The notes under the pieces were generated by a model. The model had not been told where the DNA came from and did no database searches. It saw nothing but the letters and a program-made list of their open reading frames with translations. The position numbers and the translations under genes are program-made. This document shows, piece after piece, positions 39,380-42,209 of a DNA stretch of 42,209 nt. This DNA is from Gemmatimonadota bacterium (GTDB lineage: Bacteria; Gemmatimonadota; Gemmatimonadetes; Palauibacterales; KS3-K002), in NCBI GenBank assembly GCA_039586795.1, contig JBDHJS010000059.1, positions 15,505 through 57,713 on the forward strand, read 5' to 3'. Position 1 is the stretch's first letter; each line of letters opens with the position of its first letter.

Positions 39380-41143
39380 TTAGAGTCCCATCTTCCTGAG
39401 GAAGTCGACAAAGCGAGAGTCAGAACGCACCCCGTCGTAGACCGGGAGCGCGTTCGTCATCGGCAGGTAAGGCTGCCGTTCCCGGTAGGCTTGCTCGAGA
39501 ACTTCGATTGTCTCCTCCAGCCGCCCCAGCGTGGCCAGGTAGCCGGAATTCTCGATGAAACGGAAGACGTCGTCGCTGGCCAGCGCCAGTAACGCCGCAT
39601 CGACCTTCTCTGGGTTCGTGAGCGCCGCGATATAGGCAAGGTACGGCGCCGGATCGGTACCGGTCCGCTCGGCCAGCAACCGGAAAGTAGAATCCGCCCG
39701 GACGATGTCGGCCTGATGGACGTACGCCATGGCCAGGAAGTAGTAGGCCAGGGTGAAGTCAGGCGCCAGCTCCAACGTCGCTTTGTACTGAGCGACCGCC
39801 TCGTCGAACAGCCCGGCGGTCTCCAGGTTCAGCGCCAACACCAGGTTCCCGGCGGGGGCCAGCGGGTCGAGCTCGTACGCCCTGCGGCTCTCCAGTAGCG
39901 ATTCTTCGAACCGGCGCTGCGACAGCAGCAGCTCGGCGTACCACTGGCGCGCCGTGGCGTAATCGGGCTTCAGGGTGATCGCCCGCTGGAAGTCCGCTTC
40001 CGCTCCGGCCCAGTCCCACTCGAACTGGTACTTGCGGTAGCCGGAGGCGGCGTAGGCCTCGGCCAAGTTCGGGTCGAGGGCCAGCGCTCGCTCGGTGGCA
40101 GCCCGCGCTTCCGGTAGCACCTCAGCCACCGCGGGACCGCCGTACTCGGGCAACAGGACATAGGTCTTGGCCAGGCCGGCGTAGGCGCGTGCGTAGTCAG
40201 GATCGATGGCGATCGCCTGGTTGTATTCTTCAATCGCTTCATAGAACGCTGGCAGCGTGCGTTGATTCCAGAAATAGCGCCCGCGAAGATAGTGATTGTA
40301 CGCCTCGAAGCTTTCCGTCGAGCCCGGCACGAGCGAGCTCGGCTCGCGAGTCAGGGCGACTTGTAGCGACGTCACGATCGCCTGTGCGATCTCCTCCTGG
40401 ATAGCGAAGATGTCGGTCAGCTCCCGGTCGTAGCTGTCGGCCCAAAACGGAAATCCGTCACCCACATTGATCAACTGTGCCCGCACGCGTACCCGGTCGC
40501 CGGCGCGACGAATACTCCCCTCCAGCACCGTCGCCACACCAAGCTGCTCGCCGATCTGGCGCACATCCTCGTTCCGACCCTTGAATGCGAACGCCGAAGT
40601 CCGGGCCGCCACCCGGAGATCCGGTATGCGACCCAGGGCGTTCATAAGCTCCTCGGCCAGACCGTCGCTGAAGTACTCGTCCTGCGGGTCGCCGCTCAGG
40701 TTCACGAACGGGAGCACGGCGATCGATCGATCGATGTCGGTGCCGATCGGCGTTCGGTCGTCCGGCGCGTCGCGAATCACCCACCAGCCGCCCACGAGGA
40801 ATACGACGGTGGCCAGCAAGGCCAGAATGCCGGCGCTCCACCGACGCGCCCGCGGTTGGGCGACAATCGCTTCCAGCTCTTCTTCTGTGGCCGGGCCCGT
40901 GCGCTGCACGCCCTTGGGCGTCAGGTCGAAGATCCACGCCAGCGCCACGGCGAACGGAAAACCGGCAATCGCGGTGAAGGCAACGGCCGTCGCCATGGTC
41001 TCCGGGAGACGCAGAGCCGGGAGGAGGAAGTCCGCGGCCTGCATTACGGCAAATGCCGCCGCGGCATACACCGCCACGACCTTGAGGACGTGGCGACGTT
41101 TCAACTCCGCCATGAATTTTTGGTAACCTGAGCTTTTCGTCAT
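39380..41143 (-). CDS. Membrane protein with TolB_N-like and TPR domains
   Basis: ELKRRHV plus 3 TM segments; SIAVLPFVNLS, YFSDGLAEE, RTSAFAFKG; TPR repeats. Confidence 0.88.
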   Translation of the reverse strand: MTKSSGYQKFMAELKRRHVLKVVAVYAAAAFAVMQAADFLLPALRLPETMATAVAFTAIAGFPFAVALAWIFDLTPKGVQRTGPATEEELEAIVAQPRARRWSAGILALLATVVFLVGGWWVIRDAPDDRTPIGTDIDRSIAVLPFVNLSGDPQDEYFSDGLAEELMNALGRIPDLRVAARTSAFAFKGRNEDVRQIGEQLGVATVLEGSIRRAGDRVRVRAQLINVGDGFPFWADSYDRELTDIFAIQEEIAQAIVTSLQVALTREPSSLVPGSTESFEAYNHYLRGRYFWNQRTLPAFYEAIEEYNQAIAIDPDYARAYAGLAKTYVLLPEYGGPAVAEVLPEARAATERALALDPNLAEAYAASGYRKYQFEWDWAGAEADFQRAITLKPDYATARQWYAELLLSQRRFEESLLESRRAYELDPLAPAGNLVLALNLETAGLFDEAVAQYKATLELAPDFTLAYYFLAMAYVHQADIVRADSTFRLLAERTGTDPAPYLAYIAALTNPEKVDAALLALASDDVFRFIENSGYLATLGRLEETIEVLEQAYRERQPYLPMTNALPVYDGVRSDSRFVDFLRKMGL

Positions 41144-41208
41144 GGTAGGTCTGGGGAACCTGCCTCGAGCAGCATGGCTTGCCGAGCGCTCAGCGCCCGG
41201 CGTTCGAC

Positions 41209-41343
41209 TCACTTACCTGCATCGGCTCGCGCCTCATTCGCCTCCTCGTCGTGGGTGGCACCCCATAGTAGCACCCCCACCGCCGCGATGCACAGCGCGG
41301 TCACCAGGCATCCAAACAGGAATACAAAGATGTCCTCAGACAT
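41209..41343 (-). CDS. 44-aa single-TM small protein (not in the ORF track)
   Basis: GGAGGAG RBS; MSEDIFVFLFGCLVTALCIAAVGVLLWGATHDEEANEARADAGK*. Confidence 0.75.
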   Translation of the reverse strand: MSEDIFVFLFGCLVTALCIAAVGVLLWGATHDEEANEARADAGK

Positions 41344-41402
41344 GCTCTCCTCCACACGTGGTTGGGTCGCCGCCGATCAGAACACGCCGCAGCCGGTTCG
41401 GC

Positions 41403-41573
41403 CTACTTGCGACCCGCCAACAGCAGCGCCCCCATCGACAGAATCGATGGGACCCACAGACCCACGAAAAGACCCGTCTCCCGCTGCCCGTTGAACCACA
41501 GAACCACCGAGAGTACGAAGGACAGGAACGCCGCCAGCCCGAACAGAAGCTTGGCTTTCGCTATTCTCGACAT
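41403..41573 (-). CDS. 56-aa two-TM small protein
   Basis: GGAGGAG RBS; MSRIAKAKLLFGLAAFLSFVLSVVLWFNGQRETGLFVGLWVPSILSMGALLLAGRK. Confidence 0.8.
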   Translation of the reverse strand: MSRIAKAKLLFGLAAFLSFVLSVVLWFNGQRETGLFVGLWVPSILSMGALLLAGRK

Positions 41574-41639
41574 CGAATGCTCCTCCAATGATCACGGCGA
41601 ATCGTCGTGTCGAAGTGCCCAGCACAAAGTAGTCCAGGT

Positions 41640-41694
41640 ATTATAGACTGTCAGCTCTGGTTGTCAATACTTTGTCTAGTTGTTTGCTGGACAA
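41640..41694 (-). promoter_or_regulatory. Consensus sigma70 promoter with overlapping operator-like repeats
   Basis: Minus strand TTGACA-N16-TATAAT (41667-41640); inverted repeat TTGTCTA-N9-TGGACAA at 41672-41694. Confidence 0.8.
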
Positions 41695-41767
41695 TTAGGC
41701 GACACTGCGTCGACGTCGACCCAAAGTGCAATTCAGCAGCCCACGACGACGGCCTCCAATTCCGCGC

Positions 41768-41820
41768 TTGACATCTCCCACGATCAATTGTACTATAGCA
41801 CTAGAACACTAGAGTACTAG
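41768..41820 (+). promoter_or_regulatory. Sigma70 promoter and YtrA-type operator
   Basis: TTGACA-N17-TACTAT (41768-41796); TGTACTA-N6-TAGAACA (41789-41808) followed by CTAGAGTACTAG. Confidence 0.8.
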
Positions 41821-41848
41821 CTCATACAGTCACCGGGAGCCTAGGACT

Positions 41849-42209
41849 TTGGCCATTCAGATCGACAGCAAGAGCGGCGTACCGTTCTACAGGCAGATCA
41901 TCGAGCAGGTCAAGTTCGCCATCGCCAACGGCGACCTCGTCACGGGCGATCGGCTCCCCACGGTCCGCCAGCTCGCCGTCGACCTTTCCATCAATCCAAA
42001 CACCGTAATCCGCGCCTACCGTGAGCTCGAGATCGAGGGAGTGCTCGAGACCCAGCAAGGGTCCGGGACCTTCGTCGGCGCCATGAAGCCGCGTATCGAC
42101 GAGCTCGAGCGGCAGCGGATGCTGGACCAAATACTCACGGAGCTGTTGGCGCGCGCCGGAGGCTACGGGTTCACGGCGGACGACGTACTCGATGGGCTGC
42201 GCCAACGGA
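41849..42209 (+). CDS. GntR-family (YtrA subfamily) regulator, 3' end outside the window, not in the ORF track
   Basis: TTG start; MAIQIDSKSGVPFYRQIIEQ...LPTVRQLAVDLSINPNTVIRAYRELE...GSGTFV. Confidence 0.93.
   Translation, partial: MAIQIDSKSGVPFYRQIIEQVKFAIANGDLVTGDRLPTVRQLAVDLSINPNTVIRAYRELEIEGVLETQQGSGTFVGAMKPRIDELERQRMLDQILTELLARAGGYGFTADDVLDGLRQR

Noticed and set aside
41822..42205. 127-aa minus-strand ORF
   Set aside because: Antisense shadow of the plus-strand GntR gene.

Overview
GC-rich bacterial chromosome segment. The gene order (coaD-pta-STAS-RsbW/RsbU-rsmA; DEDDh exonuclease-MBL-thiolase-hbd-acyl-CoA dehydrogenase-Leu dehydrogenase-glyA-Minf_1886-nnr-thiL-plsC-eno-ftsB) suggests Gemmatimonadota, but this is an inference. 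Two housekeeping blocks (1-5.0 kb and 9.7-23.5 kb) alternate with accessory regions carrying redox, DinB, membrane, secreted and signalling genes. No rRNA, tRNA, CRISPR array or transposase is visible. The strongest signals not explained by the ORF track are: (1) a 48-codon leader ORF rich in rare Leu/Val/Ile codons whose stop codon lies inside an intrinsic terminator upstream of the hbd/acyl-CoA dehydrogenase/Leu dehydrogenase genes, a candidate inverted-logic attenuator for branched-chain amino-acid catabolism; (2) an inverted pair of ~105-113 bp elements at 35.48-35.81 kb that share a core but have different perfect terminal stems; (3) two in-frame fusions (RsbW kinase plus PP2C phosphatase; exonuclease plus MBL hydrolase); (4) a two-gene small membrane protein operon with a consensus promoter and a CarH/LitR-like operator; (5) a collapsed outer-membrane protein pseudogene and several damaged gene starts. 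Family assignments come from recognised motifs only; no searches were run.
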